Part shown: piece after piece, positions 9,989-20,242 of the stretch
Layout of the letters: every line of letters starts with the position of its first letter
How positions within the stretch are numbered: position 1 is the first letter of the stretch
From: an uncultured Acidobacteriota bacterium
GTDB taxonomy: Bacteria > Acidobacteriota > Thermoanaerobaculia > UBA5066 > DATFVB01
Length of the DNA stretch: 64,000 nt
NCBI GenBank assembly: GCA_963813155.1
Contig: CAWEYG010000003.1
Coordinates: 64,001 to 128,000 of the forward strand
Direction of reading: 5' to 3'
The notes under the pieces: generated by a model
Database searches by the model: none
What the model was told of the DNA's origin: nothing
What the model saw: only the letters and a program-made list of their open reading frames with translations
Position numbers and translations under genes: made by a program

Positions 9989-11034
9989 GACGCCCCAGGG
10001 TCGTCGTCGCCGCCGTGCAGTCCCCGTTTCTCTCCGGCGGTGCGGAAAAGCACGTCGATCGGCTGACCGAGGAGCTTCGGGCGCGCGGCGTCGACGCCGA
10101 AAAGGTCACTCTCCCGTTTTTCGAGAACACCCACTTCGAGGTCGTCCAGAGCGCGCTGGCCTGGAGACTCGGGGAGTTCGAGCGGTTCGGGCGCGCGAAA
10201 GTCGACGCGCTGATCGCGACGCGATTTCCGAGTTATCTCGCGCGCCATCGGCGCAAAGTCGTCTGGCTGATCCACCAGTACCGCGTCGTGTACGACCAGT
10301 TCGGAACCGCTTACAGCGATTTCACCGGATCTCCGGAGGACCGCCGCATCCGGGAAATGGTCCGCCACATGGATACCCGGAGCCTCTCGGAGGCGAGGAG
10401 GGTCTTCGCGAACTCCCGCAACGTCGCGGAGCGCCTGAGGAAATACAACGGCGTGGCGAGCGAAGCGCTGTACCACCCGCCGCCCCTCTCCGGCCGGTAT
10501 CGCGGAGGCGCTCCGGGGGAGTCGTGTCTCTGGGTCGGACGGCTCGAGCGGTGGAAGCGCCCGGGACTCGCGATCGGGGCGCTCGCCCACGCGCCGCGGG
10601 CGAAACTGAAGGTCGTCGGGGACGGCCCGGAGCTCGCCGCGCTGCGGACATACGCGCGCAGCCTCGGCGTGGAAGCCCGCTGCGAATTCCTCGGCCGGGT
10701 GTCGGACGACGATCTCCTCGAGCTTTTCTCCCGGGCGCGGCTCGTGCTCGCGACGGCCGCCGACGAAGACTACGGGTACGTCCCGCTGGAGGCCTACCTG
10801 TCGGGCAAGGCGGTCGTCACGGTTTCCGACGCGGGAGGGCCGCTGGAGTTCGTCCGGAACGAGGACTCGGGGTACGTCGCGGAACCGACTCCGGAGGCCC
10901 TCGGAGCGCTGCTCGAACGCGTCTGGGATCGTCCGGCCGAGCACGCGCGGATGGCCGATCGGGGGCGCGCGGAGGTCGAGAAGATCAATTGGGACCACGT
11001 GATCGATTCCCTGCTCGGTGCGGCGGGCGTGTGA
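9985..11034 (+). CDS. Glycosyltransferase family 4
   Basis: SGGAE, VGRLERWKR and EDYGYVPLEA GT-B motifs; ATGA overlap with the upstream gene. Confidence 0.9.
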   Translation: MRRPRVVVAAVQSPFLSGGAEKHVDRLTEELRARGVDAEKVTLPFFENTHFEVVQSALAWRLGEFERFGRAKVDALIATRFPSYLARHRRKVVWLIHQYRVVYDQFGTAYSDFTGSPEDRRIREMVRHMDTRSLSEARRVFANSRNVAERLRKYNGVASEALYHPPPLSGRYRGGAPGESCLWVGRLERWKRPGLAIGALAHAPRAKLKVVGDGPELAALRTYARSLGVEARCEFLGRVSDDDLLELFSRARLVLATAADEDYGYVPLEAYLSGKAVVTVSDAGGPLEFVRNEDSGYVAEPTPEALGALLERVWDRPAEHARMADRGRAEVEKINWDHVIDSLLGAAGV

Positions 11035-11162
11035 AAGAGCTTCCGGAGGTGGACGCCCGGCTCGCCCGCGAGCTCGGGAAGGCGCTCGGGGAGCTCGGGG
11101 GCCGTCGCGACGATCCGTGGATCGGGCGGCTCGCGCGGGCCCTCCGGGAGTTCCTGCCCCCT

Positions 11163-11390
11163 TCAGACGGTCCGGCGGGATCGAAGCGCCGCGCGGGCGG
11201 AGAGCAGGCCGGCGAGGATCCCGTCTTCGAATTGAAACGCGGCGTGTGAGGCGAGCCGGGGGTGGTCGTGGGGCTGCAGCAGATCGTCTTCGATCAGCGC
11301 GGGGTCGATTCGCCGGGCGAGCTCCGCGATTTTCTTTCGCTGCCCGTCGATGAGCTCGTCGAGAATCGAATCCGCGGTCTCTCCGCTCAT
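11163..11390 (-). CDS. Small hypothetical protein (75 aa)
   Basis: MSGETADSILDELIDGQRKK...EDDLLQPHDHP...FEDGILAG; start overlaps the thioredoxin stop; protein-like composition. Confidence 0.65.
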   Translation of the reverse strand: MSGETADSILDELIDGQRKKIAELARRIDPALIEDDLLQPHDHPRLASHAAFQFEDGILAGLLSARAALRSRRTV

Positions 11391-11818
11391 CGCGGAGAGG
11401 GGGAGGGCTCCCGGGACGCGTCGATGATTCCCCGGGCTTTCGCGGCGAATTCCGGGGCCGGCAGGAATCCGATGATCTGCCCGGCGACGCTTCCCGAGGG
11501 AGCCAGGAACAGGAGCGTCGGAAAACCGTCGACGCCGTAGCGCTGCGCGAGGGCGGATCCCTCGCGCTCCGCGTCGACTCGGACGTACACGACCCGCGAC
11601 AGCTGCCCCGCGACGGCCGGGTCGGGGTACACCTCGCGCTCGAGCTTCCGGCACCAGCCGCACCAGTCGGTCGTGAAGTCGACGAGCAGCAGGGTTCCCC
11701 GGCGGGCGGCGAGACGTGCGGCCCGGTCGTACGGAGTGCGCAACTCGTCGTTGGTGAGACCCGCGAGACACAGCACCAGGACGGCGGCGAGCGTCGTGGC
11801 GGAGAGGGTTCTCGTCAC
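11387..11818 (-). CDS. Exported thioredoxin family protein
   Basis: Hydrophobic N-terminus, DFTTDWCGWC and GFPT cis-Pro loop; GTG overlaps the DGC stop. Confidence 0.85.
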   Translation of the reverse strand: MTRTLSATTLAAVLVLCLAGLTNDELRTPYDRAARLAARRGTLLLVDFTTDWCGWCRKLEREVYPDPAVAGQLSRVVYVRVDAEREGSALAQRYGVDGFPTLLFLAPSGSVAGQIIGFLPAPEFAAKARGIIDASREPSPSPR

Positions 11819-12897
11819 GAAATCACGATAACACGGTTGCGGCCCTCCTCCTTCGCCCGGTAGAGGGCCGTGTCCGCTCGTTCCAGCACGGACTCGATTC
11901 GTTCTCCCGGCTGAATCTCCGTTACGCCGATCGACACCGTGAGCGCGATCGGCCGGTCCTCCCAGAGAAGCGGCTCGCTCTCCAGGCGCCCGCGAATCCG
12001 CTCGCAGACGATCTGGGCCGGCACGGCTCGCGTCTCCGGAAAGAATGCGCCGAATTCTTCGCCGCCGCGGCGGCCGCAGAGGTCCTGTTCCCGAAGCCCT
12101 TCCTGGAGGATTCTCGCGAAGCGCCGGATCGCTTCGTCCCCGGCCGCGTGGCCGTGCCGGTCGTTCAACTCCTTGAAGCGGTCCAGGTCGAACACGGCGA
12201 CCGACAGCGCGCGGCGATAGCGATCGGCGCGCGTGACCTCGTTTCGGAGACGGGCGTCGAAATACCGGCGGGCGAAGAGATTGGACAGGCCGTCGCGGGC
12301 CGCGAGGCGGAAGTTCCGTTCGGAAGACACCGCGCTCGTCAGGGAGCGATAGATCGCGCGCAGTCGATCGATGTCCGTCGCCGAAAGAGGAGCGCCGAAT
12401 TCGATCTCCCAGTATCCGACTGGATGGCTCCCCGCATACAGCGGGAGATAGAACTTTTTCTGGCCGCGCCCGGGGATCTGCAAATGGAGCGGAGCGAAAG
12501 AATGGGCCGTTTCCGTTCCGGTGAGACGGTCGAGCTGCTCGCGTTGGAAGTTGGACTGGATCTTCGGGTGCGAAACGGCGGCGCGAGGCGGGGCGGCGGC
12601 GTCTCCGGCCGGAGACTCCCAGATTTCTCTCACGCGGTCTTCTTCGTCGAAGAGAAAGAGCTCGAATTTCTCCAACGCCCCGAGCCTCGTCATCGCGTCG
12701 TGGGCACACGCCGCGATGGCGGCGACGTCAGAGGCCTCCGCGAACGCGTGCGCGAGGTTCTCCATATCGCGAAATCGCTCGCCGGCCCGTCGCTCGCGCC
12801 GGCGGGAGCGCAGGAGCTCGATTCCGAAGAGCGCCGCCAGGAGCGCCAGGGCGCCCTCGAGGATCGGGAAGCGGGGCGGCGGAAGGCCGAAGATCAT
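11815..12897 (-). CDS. Membrane-anchored diguanylate cyclase with a GAF-like middle region
   Basis: DLDRFKELND, RxxD I-site (REQD) and GGEEF; one N-terminal TM segment; start codon uncertain. Confidence 0.88.
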   Translation of the reverse strand: MIFGLPPPRFPILEGALALLAALFGIELLRSRRRERRAGERFRDMENLAHAFAEASDVAAIAACAHDAMTRLGALEKFELFLFDEEDRVREIWESPAGDAAAPPRAAVSHPKIQSNFQREQLDRLTGTETAHSFAPLHLQIPGRGQKKFYLPLYAGSHPVGYWEIEFGAPLSATDIDRLRAIYRSLTSAVSSERNFRLAARDGLSNLFARRYFDARLRNEVTRADRYRRALSVAVFDLDRFKELNDRHGHAAGDEAIRRFARILQEGLREQDLCGRRGGEEFGAFFPETRAVPAQIVCERIRGRLESEPLLWEDRPIALTVSIGVTEIQPGERIESVLERADTALYRAKEEGRNRVIVIS

Positions 12898-12930
12898 AAA
12901 AAAAAGGGCGCGACGAGCGCGCCCTTTTTT
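12898..12930. terminator. Intrinsic terminator with U-tracts on both strands
   Basis: A8-GGGCGCG-acgag-CGCGCCC-T6. Confidence 0.85.
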
Positions 12931-12945
12931 CCAGAGAAAGGTGGC

Positions 12946-13218
12946 TTACTTGGAGGTCGTGGCCGTCGTCGCGGTCGTCGTGGTCGCGGTCGACGTGGTC
13001 GCCGTGCCCGTGGCGGCGGGAGTCTCGGTGCTGGTGGACATCGTCGTGGTCGTCGTGGTCGCCGTCGAACCGGTCTCTTCCACGACCTTCGGCTGCTCGG
13101 TGGTGGTCGTCGTGGTCGACGTCTCCGTCGAGGACTCTTCCGCCTTCTTGCAGCCGCCGAGGAACAACAGAGCGGTGGCGGTGGCGGCCATCAGGAACAG
13201 GGCAAGGGACTTCTTCAT
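12946..13218 (-). CDS. Thr/Ser-rich low-complexity lipoprotein (90 aa)
   Basis: MKK, hydrophobic stretch and LGGC lipobox; AAGGAG RBS; 32 Thr among 68 mature residues by manual count. Confidence 0.8.
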   Translation of the reverse strand: MKKSLALFLMAATATALLFLGGCKKAEESSTETSTTTTTTEQPKVVEETGSTATTTTTTMSTSTETPAATGTATTSTATTTTATTATTSK

Positions 13219-13305
13219 CGGTCGATCTCCTTCTTCATAAATCGAAATTCGAAATTTTCGAAATTCGTCAGTAACCCCCGGTAACTCTCCCGTAAAGACC
13301 CCGCA

Positions 13306-13333
13306 ATCATACATAAACCTCGAATGCTGTCAA
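13306..13333 (-). promoter_or_regulatory. sigma70-type promoter for the Thr-rich lipoprotein
   Basis: TTGACA-16 nt-TATGAT on the minus strand. Confidence 0.65.
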
Positions 13334-13359
13334 CCGATTCCATAGCGTTCGATAGGGTT

Positions 13360-13375
13360 TGCGAAAAAGGTGCCA
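13360..13375 (-). promoter_or_regulatory. Candidate sigma54 -24/-12 promoter
   Basis: TGGCAC-CTTTT-TCGCA versus consensus TGGCAC-N5-TTGCW (one mismatch). Confidence 0.45.
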
Positions 13376-13437
13376 ATCGGGTTAACCTAATGAGTTTTCG
13401 CGGCCGGGTCGGCTCGCGATCGAATAGGGGAGTGACG

Positions 13438-14790
<1,353 letters not shown>

Positions 14791-14815
14791 GAGAATTTCG
14801 AACCAAGGAGAAAGC

Positions 14816-15059
14816 ATGTTGAAAATCCGTCTCCGTCGAACCGGAACCCGAAATCGCCCCTACTACCGCATCGTCGTCTCGGGCTCGCGGCGCACCCCCG
14901 GCTCCGAAATCGTGGAAGAGCTCGGGTTCTACGACGCGGTCCCGAACCCTCCCGTCGTGTCGTTCAACCGGGAGCGCGCCCGCGACTGGATCGCGAAGGG
15001 CGCCCGGCCGTCCACGACGATTCGCTCGCTCCTGGACCGCGAAGGAAGCGGTTTCGTGA
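14816..15059 (+). CDS. rpsP: 30S ribosomal protein S16; in frame with khpA as assembled
   Basis: MLKIRLRRTG...PYYRIVV...GARPS; AAGGAG RBS; canonical position after ffh. Confidence 0.92.
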
Positions 15060-15286
15060 AGGAGCTGGTCGAGACCGTCGCCCGCGCGCTCGCGACTCAA
15101 CCCGAATCGGTCGCCGTTCTGGAAACCGAAGAGGGAGACACGACGACCGTCGATCTGACTCTCGCCTCCGAGGATCTGGGCCGGATCATCGGCCGGGAGG
15201 GCCGCACGGCCCGGGCCCTGCGCGCTCTCGCCTCCGCGGCCGGCCGGAAGCAGAACCGGCGTGTCGTTGTCCGAATCCGCAGCTGA
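15056..15286 (+). CDS. khpA: KH-domain RNA-binding protein KhpA (YlqC)
   Basis: VKELVETVARAL...DLGRIIGREGRTARALR; located between rpsP and rimM. Confidence 0.88.
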   Translation: MKELVETVARALATQPESVAVLETEEGDTTTVDLTLASEDLGRIIGREGRTARALRALASAAGRKQNRRVVVRIRS

Positions 15287-15791
15287 ACGAAAGCTGCGGG
15301 TCGGCGCGATCAAGCGCCCCCACGGCCTTCGGGGCGAGATCGCGGTGGAACCTCTCGGCGACTTTCCGGAGCGGCTCGAGCCCGGCTCCCGGTTGACCGC
15401 TCGAACGGGCGACCGGGAACGGGCGCTCACCGTCGCGAGCGCTCGCCGCCACGGCACGCACGTGCTCCTTCGATTCGAGGGCTTCGAGACCGTCGAAGCC
15501 GCGGACACGCTGAAGGGAGGCGATCTCTACGCCGATCGCGAGCTGCTGACCCCTCCTTCGCCGGATTTCATCTTCGACGACGAGGTCTCGCGGTTTCTTT
15601 GCGTTTCGGTCGCGGGGGAGCCGCTCGGGCAGGCCGTCGCGTTCGAGCGGTTCGGCGAGAACTGCTGCCTGCGCGTCGAAAGGGCCGGCAAGGCGGTGCT
15701 CGTTCCCTTCTCGCGCCCGATCGTGCGCGAAGTTTCGCGCGATCGCGGCATCATCGTGCTCGACCCTCCCGAGGGTCTTTTCGAGCTCTGA
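15261..15791 (+). CDS. rimM: Ribosome maturation factor RimM
   Basis: VGAIKRPHGLRGE and VLVPF motifs; operon position. Confidence 0.9.
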   Translation: MSLSESAAERKLRVGAIKRPHGLRGEIAVEPLGDFPERLEPGSRLTARTGDRERALTVASARRHGTHVLLRFEGFETVEAADTLKGGDLYADRELLTPPSPDFIFDDEVSRFLCVSVAGEPLGQAVAFERFGENCCLRVERAGKAVLVPFSRPIVREVSRDRGIIVLDPPEGLFEL

Positions 15792-15797
15792 ACCGAA

Positions 15798-16508
15798 TTG
15801 CGATTCGACGTCCTCACGATCTTTCCGCGGTTCTTCGACTCCCCGCTGTCGGAGAGCCTCCTCGGCAAGGCGAGGGAGAAGAAGATCGTGGAGGTCTTCG
15901 TCCACGACATTCGAGCCTTCTCCGCGGACCCTCATCGAAAGGTGGACGACGAGGCGTTCGGCGGAGGCCCCGGGATGGTGATGATGGCTCCCGTCGTCGC
16001 CGGCGCGATCGAGGCCGTGCGGGATCTGCCGGGAGTCGAGCGCGGAAAGACGATCCTGCTGACTCCGGCGGGACGGCCGCTGGACCACGCGCTGGCCCGG
16101 GAGATCTCTTCCTTCGGCCGCTCGATCCTCGTCTGCGGGCGCTACGAGGGAATCGATCATCGGGTCTCGGAGGCCGGCCTCTACGACCTGGAAGTTTCTC
16201 TCGGCGACTTCGTCCTCTCGGGGGGCGAAGTCGCGGCCCTCGCGGTCATCGAAGCCTCCGCCCGGCTGGCGCCCGGGTTCGTGAAGGAAATCGGGTCGGT
16301 CGAGAACGATTCGTTCTACGGCGGCCTGCTCGACTACCCCCATTACACGCGCCCGCGCGAATGGCGCGGGATCTCGGTTCCGGACGTTTTGCTCTCCGGG
16401 CACCACGAAGAGATCCGAAAATGGCGCCAGCGGCGCGCCGAGGAGATGACCCGCGAGCGCCGGCCCGACCTGCTGGCCGGTCACCGGACCCCGCCTTCGA
16501 AAGATTAG
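15798..16508 (+). CDS. trmD: tRNA (guanine-37-N1)-methyltransferase
   Basis: VDDEAFGGGPGMV, CGRYEGID, SLGDFVLSGGE and YPHYTRP motifs. Confidence 0.96.
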   Translation: MRFDVLTIFPRFFDSPLSESLLGKAREKKIVEVFVHDIRAFSADPHRKVDDEAFGGGPGMVMMAPVVAGAIEAVRDLPGVERGKTILLTPAGRPLDHALAREISSFGRSILVCGRYEGIDHRVSEAGLYDLEVSLGDFVLSGGEVAALAVIEASARLAPGFVKEIGSVENDSFYGGLLDYPHYTRPREWRGISVPDVLLSGHHEEIRKWRQRRAEEMTRERRPDLLAGHRTPPSKD

Positions 16509-16521
16509 GAGGTCGCCCGGT

Positions 16522-16551
16522 TTGCCTCTCGGGGAGCGGTTCTCGTATAAT
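16522..16551 (+). promoter_or_regulatory. Internal sigma70 promoter for rplS
   Basis: TTGCCT-18 nt-TATAAT in the trmD-rplS gap. Confidence 0.6.
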
Positions 16552-16619
16552 CCTCCGCCGAAAGGGCTTTCCGGGAGCGATCTCTCTCGAAAGTCAGCGA
16601 CTTACGTTAGGAGCGCATC

Positions 16620-16970
16620 ATGACTGACATTCTGCGCGAGGCAGAGAAGCTTTCGCTTCGCGGCGATCGCCCGGCGTTCGGGCCGGGAGATACCGTCCGC
16701 GTTCACGTGAAGGTGAAAGAAGGGGAGAAGGAGCGGATCCAGGTCTTCGCGGGCATCGTGATCGCCCGCCGCGGGGGCGGATCGCGTGAGACCTTTACCG
16801 TTCGCAAGATTTCCGGTGGCGTCGGGGTGGAGCGAGTGTTCCCTCTCCACTCGCCGATCATCGAACGTGTGGACGTCGATCGCCGCGGCGAAGTCCGGCG
16901 GGCCAAGCTCTACTATTTGAGAGATTTGAAGGGCAAGGCTGCTCGAATTGAGGAAAAGCGCGCCGACTGA
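16620..16970 (+). CDS. rplS: 50S ribosomal protein L19
   Basis: [36 protein letters not shown] and [10 protein letters not shown] motifs. Confidence 0.97.
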   Translation: MTDILREAEKLSLRGDRPAFGPGDTVRVHVKVKEGEKERIQVFAGIVIARRGGGSRETFTVRKISGGVGVERVFPLHSPIIERVDVDRRGEVRRAKLYYLRDLKGKAARIEEKRAD

Positions 16971-17649
16971 GCGCGCCCGCGCAGGCACAGCGGCCGACAC
17001 CTGGATGGCCGCACTGTTCGCCGAGCTCGGGCGGCTGACATTGCTCTCCGAGCCGGAGAAGATGCTCCGCGACCGCGGGTTCCGGCGGATCGCCGGAACG
17101 GACGAAGTGGGCCGCGGTTGCCTGGCGGGGCCGGTCGTCGCCGCCGCCGTGATTCTGCCGGAAGGATTCTGGTGGCCCGGCATCGACGACTCCAAGAAAC
17201 TCGATGCCGGCGAAAGATTCGAGATCGCCGACGAGTTGCGCCGCCGCGCGGTCGCCTACGCGATCTCGGTCGTGTCCGTCCGGGAGATCGAGGACACCGA
17301 CATTCGGCTTGCGTCCCTCTCCGCGATGCGCCGGTCGCTCGAAGCGCTCGACCCGGCGCCGGAAATCGTCCTTTCGGACGCCTTCGCCGTTCCGGGATTC
17401 GCGAAACCCCAGGTCCCGATCGTGCACGGCGACGCGTGCTCGATTTCGATTGCCGCCGCGTCGATTCTCGCGAAGGTCCATCGCGACCAGCTCATGGACG
17501 ATCTTGCGCTCCGCTACCCGGCTTACGCGTTCGAGAAGCACAAGGGTTACGCGGTTGCCGAGCACCGGGAAGCCCTGATGAGGGTCGGACCCTGTCCCGA
17601 GCACCGGATGACGTTCCGCGGAGTCCTGCCCGAAGCGGAGCTCTGCTGA
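16948..17649 (+). CDS. rnhB: Ribonuclease HII (start uncertain)
   Basis: [34 protein letters not shown] and KHKGY motifs. Confidence 0.93.
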   Translation: MRKSAPTERARAGTAADTWMAALFAELGRLTLLSEPEKMLRDRGFRRIAGTDEVGRGCLAGPVVAAAVILPEGFWWPGIDDSKKLDAGERFEIADELRRRAVAYAISVVSVREIEDTDIRLASLSAMRRSLEALDPAPEIVLSDAFAVPGFAKPQVPIVHGDACSISIAAASILAKVHRDQLMDDLALRYPAYAFEKHKGYAVAEHREALMRVGPCPEHRMTFRGVLPEAELC

Positions 17650-20231
17650 TGGCGATCAAGAGGGACGCCGCCCTCGCGGCCGCCGAGAAGCTCATGGCCC
17701 GGGGAAAGTACGACGCCGCGCTCAAGGAATACGGGTATCTCCTCGCAGAGAACCCCCACGACATTCTCGTCCTCAACAAGATGGGCGACATTTGCGTGCT
17801 CCTGAACCGGCCGGCCGATTCGATCGGCTTTTTCGTGAAGATCGCCGACCGCTACACGAGAGACGGCTTCTTCCTCAAGGCGATCGCGATCTACAAGAAG
17901 ATCAACAAACTGGATCCCTCGAAGCTCGAGATCTACGGAGCGCTGGCCGATCTCTACCACAAGCAGGGTCTCGTGCCGGAAGCCCGCGCGCAGTATCAGG
18001 TTCTGGCCGACCACTACCTGAAACAGAACCAGACGGGAGAAGCGGTCGCCGTCTACCGCAAGATGGCCGCCGTGGACCCGAACGACATCAAGGTGCCGGT
18101 TCGCCTCGCCGATCTCCTCACGGCCGTCGGACAGACGGACCAGGCGTTGATGCAGTACGCCGTCGTCGGATCGATGCTCGTCAAACGCGGCGCGCTCGAC
18201 GAGGCGGTCGCCGTCTATCAGAAGGCGCTGAAGATCCGCCCCGGCGACAAGAAGACCCTTCGCGATCTCGTTCGGTCGATGCTCGAGCACAAGGACGCGG
18301 AAGCCGCCGTGCTCCTTCTCAAGGCGCAGCCGCGCGACGCGGAGACGATGTCTCTGCTGGCGGACTCGCTGGCGGCGACGGGCCGCCGCGAAGAGGCGCG
18401 CCAGGCGGCCGAGGGGGCGATCGCGTTCGATCCCGCCCACGAAGGAGCCCGGCATTTCCTCGCGCGCGCGGCCGTCGAACGAAGCGATCCCGCCGCGGCT
18501 TTCGAGGCGCTGCGGCCGATCATCGAGCACGCGGTTCGGATGGGCGAAGTCAAGAGGGCGGTCGGGGAGCTCTCGCCGATCGCCGCGCTCGCCCCGGGGT
18601 TCGCTCCCGTCCACGAGAAGCTCCTGGAGCTCTTTCGCCTCGGCGACGACCGGGCGGGCGCCGTCGAGTCGCTCCTCGCGCTCGCGCGGATCGCGGACGC
18701 GAAGAAGGACTCCGCTTCGTCCGCTGCGTACCGCCGCCAGATCCTCGAGCTCGATCCGGAGAACGCCGAGGCGCGCGCGTTCCCGCGGCCCGGCACGCCG
18801 GCCCAACCGCCGCCCGCCCCCGCCGCCGCGCCCGCTCCTCCTCCCTCGCCGCCGGCCGCCCGGCCTCCGGAGCCCGCGTCTCCCTGGGGGCCCGCCGCGA
18901 TCCCGCCGGTGGACGAATCGGCGGGCGATCTGATGATGCTCGACCTGGACGACTCGCTCCTCGCCGACGCGTCCCCGACGCCGCCTTCGCCGCTGGGCGA
19001 CTGGGGGCCGCGCTCGGTTCCCATGGCTTCCCCCGTTTCGCCGATCTCCCCGCCTCCGCTCGATTCCCCGTCGTTCGACGACACGGCGATGCGCCGGAAG
19101 GCCGCCGACGACGCGCAGTGGAGAGACTCGATTACCGAGGCCGAGGTGTTCGTGAAGTACGGCCTCCTGGAGAAGGCGCTCGAGAAATACCGCGCGATGC
19201 TGCGGCGCCGGAAAGACGATGTCGACGTCCGCCACCGTTATGTGGAATTGCTCGCGGAGTCGAAGTCCCCCGCGCTTCTCGAGGAAGCCGCGACGCTGGC
19301 CGGCGAATACCGGAGGCTCGACCGGCCGGAAGAAGCGGAGAGGATCCTCGAGCGCTTCCTCCCCACGGCGCCCGAATCCCCGGCGGCCCTTCCCTCCGCG
19401 CCGGAAGACGCTCTCGAATTCGACGACTTTTCGACCGGCCCGCAGCCGGTCGCGGCGCCGGATCCGCTCGCCCGGCCCGAAGCCGTCCCGCCGCCGCTCG
19501 TGGCGGAGCCCGCCGCGGGGCTCGGTTTTCCCGACAGCGTCCCGGCGACGCCTTCGGTTTCCCCCGTCGACCTCGAGTACGCCTTCGAGAAGGGACTGGG
19601 CCGAGCGCTCGACGACGAAATGTCGAAGTTTTCGACGACCCTTTCCGAACCTCCGCCGCCGGCTCCGCCGGTCGACGAGATGTCGCTCTTTTCGGACGAG
19701 CAGCGGTTCTTCAACCTCGCGGCCGAGCTGGAGAAGGAGCTCGAGGACGAGGACGAGGCGCCGAGCTCGCCGGTCGTCCAGGGATCGGGAGAAGAGGTGT
19801 CGCTGGAGGAGATCTTCCGCGAGTTCAAGCGCGGGGTCGAGCAGCAGCTGAGCCCGGAGGACTACGAGACGCACTACAACCTGGGAATTGCTTACAAAGA
19901 AATGGGGCTTCTCGACGAGGCGCTCGGAGAATTCCAGATCGCCGCAAAGGACCCCGCGCGGGCCGTGGAGTGCTGCAGCATGCTGGGCCTTTGCTTCGTG
20001 GAGAAGGGCCTTCCTCAACTCGCCATCCAGTGGTTCCAGAAGGGGCTCGAATCCCCGGCGATCACGCCCGAGGAGAAACGCGGCCTGAGCTACGACCTCG
20101 CCTCGCTCCACGAGCAGAACGGCGACGCCGAACGCGCGTACCGCATCTACCTGGAGATCTATGGAGAAAACACGAACTACCGCGACGTCGCCGATCGGGT
20201 GAAGAGCCTGGAAAACGCGCTCGGGCGCTGA
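17649..20231 (+). CDS. Large TPR protein with Pro-rich linkers (possibly SgmX-like)
   Basis: N-terminal TPR array, Pro/acidic linkers and a C-terminal EDYETHYNLGIAYKEMGL TPR block; TGATG coupling to rnhB. Confidence 0.8.
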   Translation: MAIKRDAALAAAEKLMARGKYDAALKEYGYLLAENPHDILVLNKMGDICVLLNRPADSIGFFVKIADRYTRDGFFLKAIAIYKKINKLDPSKLEIYGALADLYHKQGLVPEARAQYQVLADHYLKQNQTGEAVAVYRKMAAVDPNDIKVPVRLADLLTAVGQTDQALMQYAVVGSMLVKRGALDEAVAVYQKALKIRPGDKKTLRDLVRSMLEHKDAEAAVLLLKAQPRDAETMSLLADSLAATGRREEARQAAEGAIAFDPAHEGARHFLARAAVERSDPAAAFEALRPIIEHAVRMGEVKRAVGELSPIAALAPGFAPVHEKLLELFRLGDDRAGAVESLLALARIADAKKDSASSAAYRRQILELDPENAEARAFPRPGTPAQPPPAPAAAPAPPPSPPAARPPEPASPWGPAAIPPVDESAGDLMMLDLDDSLLADASPTPPSPLGDWGPRSVPMASPVSPISPPPLDSPSFDDTAMRRKAADDAQWRDSITEAEVFVKYGLLEKALEKYRAMLRRRKDDVDVRHRYVELLAESKSPALLEEAATLAGEYRRLDRPEEAERILERFLPTAPESPAALPSAPEDALEFDDFSTGPQPVAAPDPLARPEAVPPPLVAEPAAGLGFPDSVPATPSVSPVDLEYAFEKGLGRALDDEMSKFSTTLSEPPPPAPPVDEMSLFSDEQRFFNLAAELEKELEDEDEAPSSPVVQGSGEEVSLEEIFREFKRGVEQQLSPEDYETHYNLGIAYKEMGLLDEALGEFQIAAKDPARAVECCSMLGLCFVEKGLPQLAIQWFQKGLESPAITPEEKRGLSYDLASLHEQNGDAERAYRIYLEIYGENTNYRDVADRVKSLENALGR

Positions 20232-20242
20232 CGGCTTCCGAC

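Noticed and set aside
11031-11249. 72-aa plus-strand ORF starting at a GTGA overlap after the GT4 gene
   Set aside because: It overlaps the better-supported minus-strand gene by 87 nt and has no recognisable motif; not excluded but unsupported
12946-13130. GTC/GTG-rich repetitive DNA as a CRISPR array or microsatellite
   Set aside because: Explained by Thr codon runs on the minus strand; no repeat-spacer periodicity
13265-13300. Possible c-di-GMP-I riboswitch upstream of the lipoprotein and DGC (GGGGTTAC resembles its 3' end)
   Set aside because: The GGCAAA, GNRA loop and GACGCAAAG core elements are absent
16555-16615. L19 leader RNA before rplS
   Set aside because: Only a weak interrupted hairpin is visible; it cannot be supported without a covariance-model search
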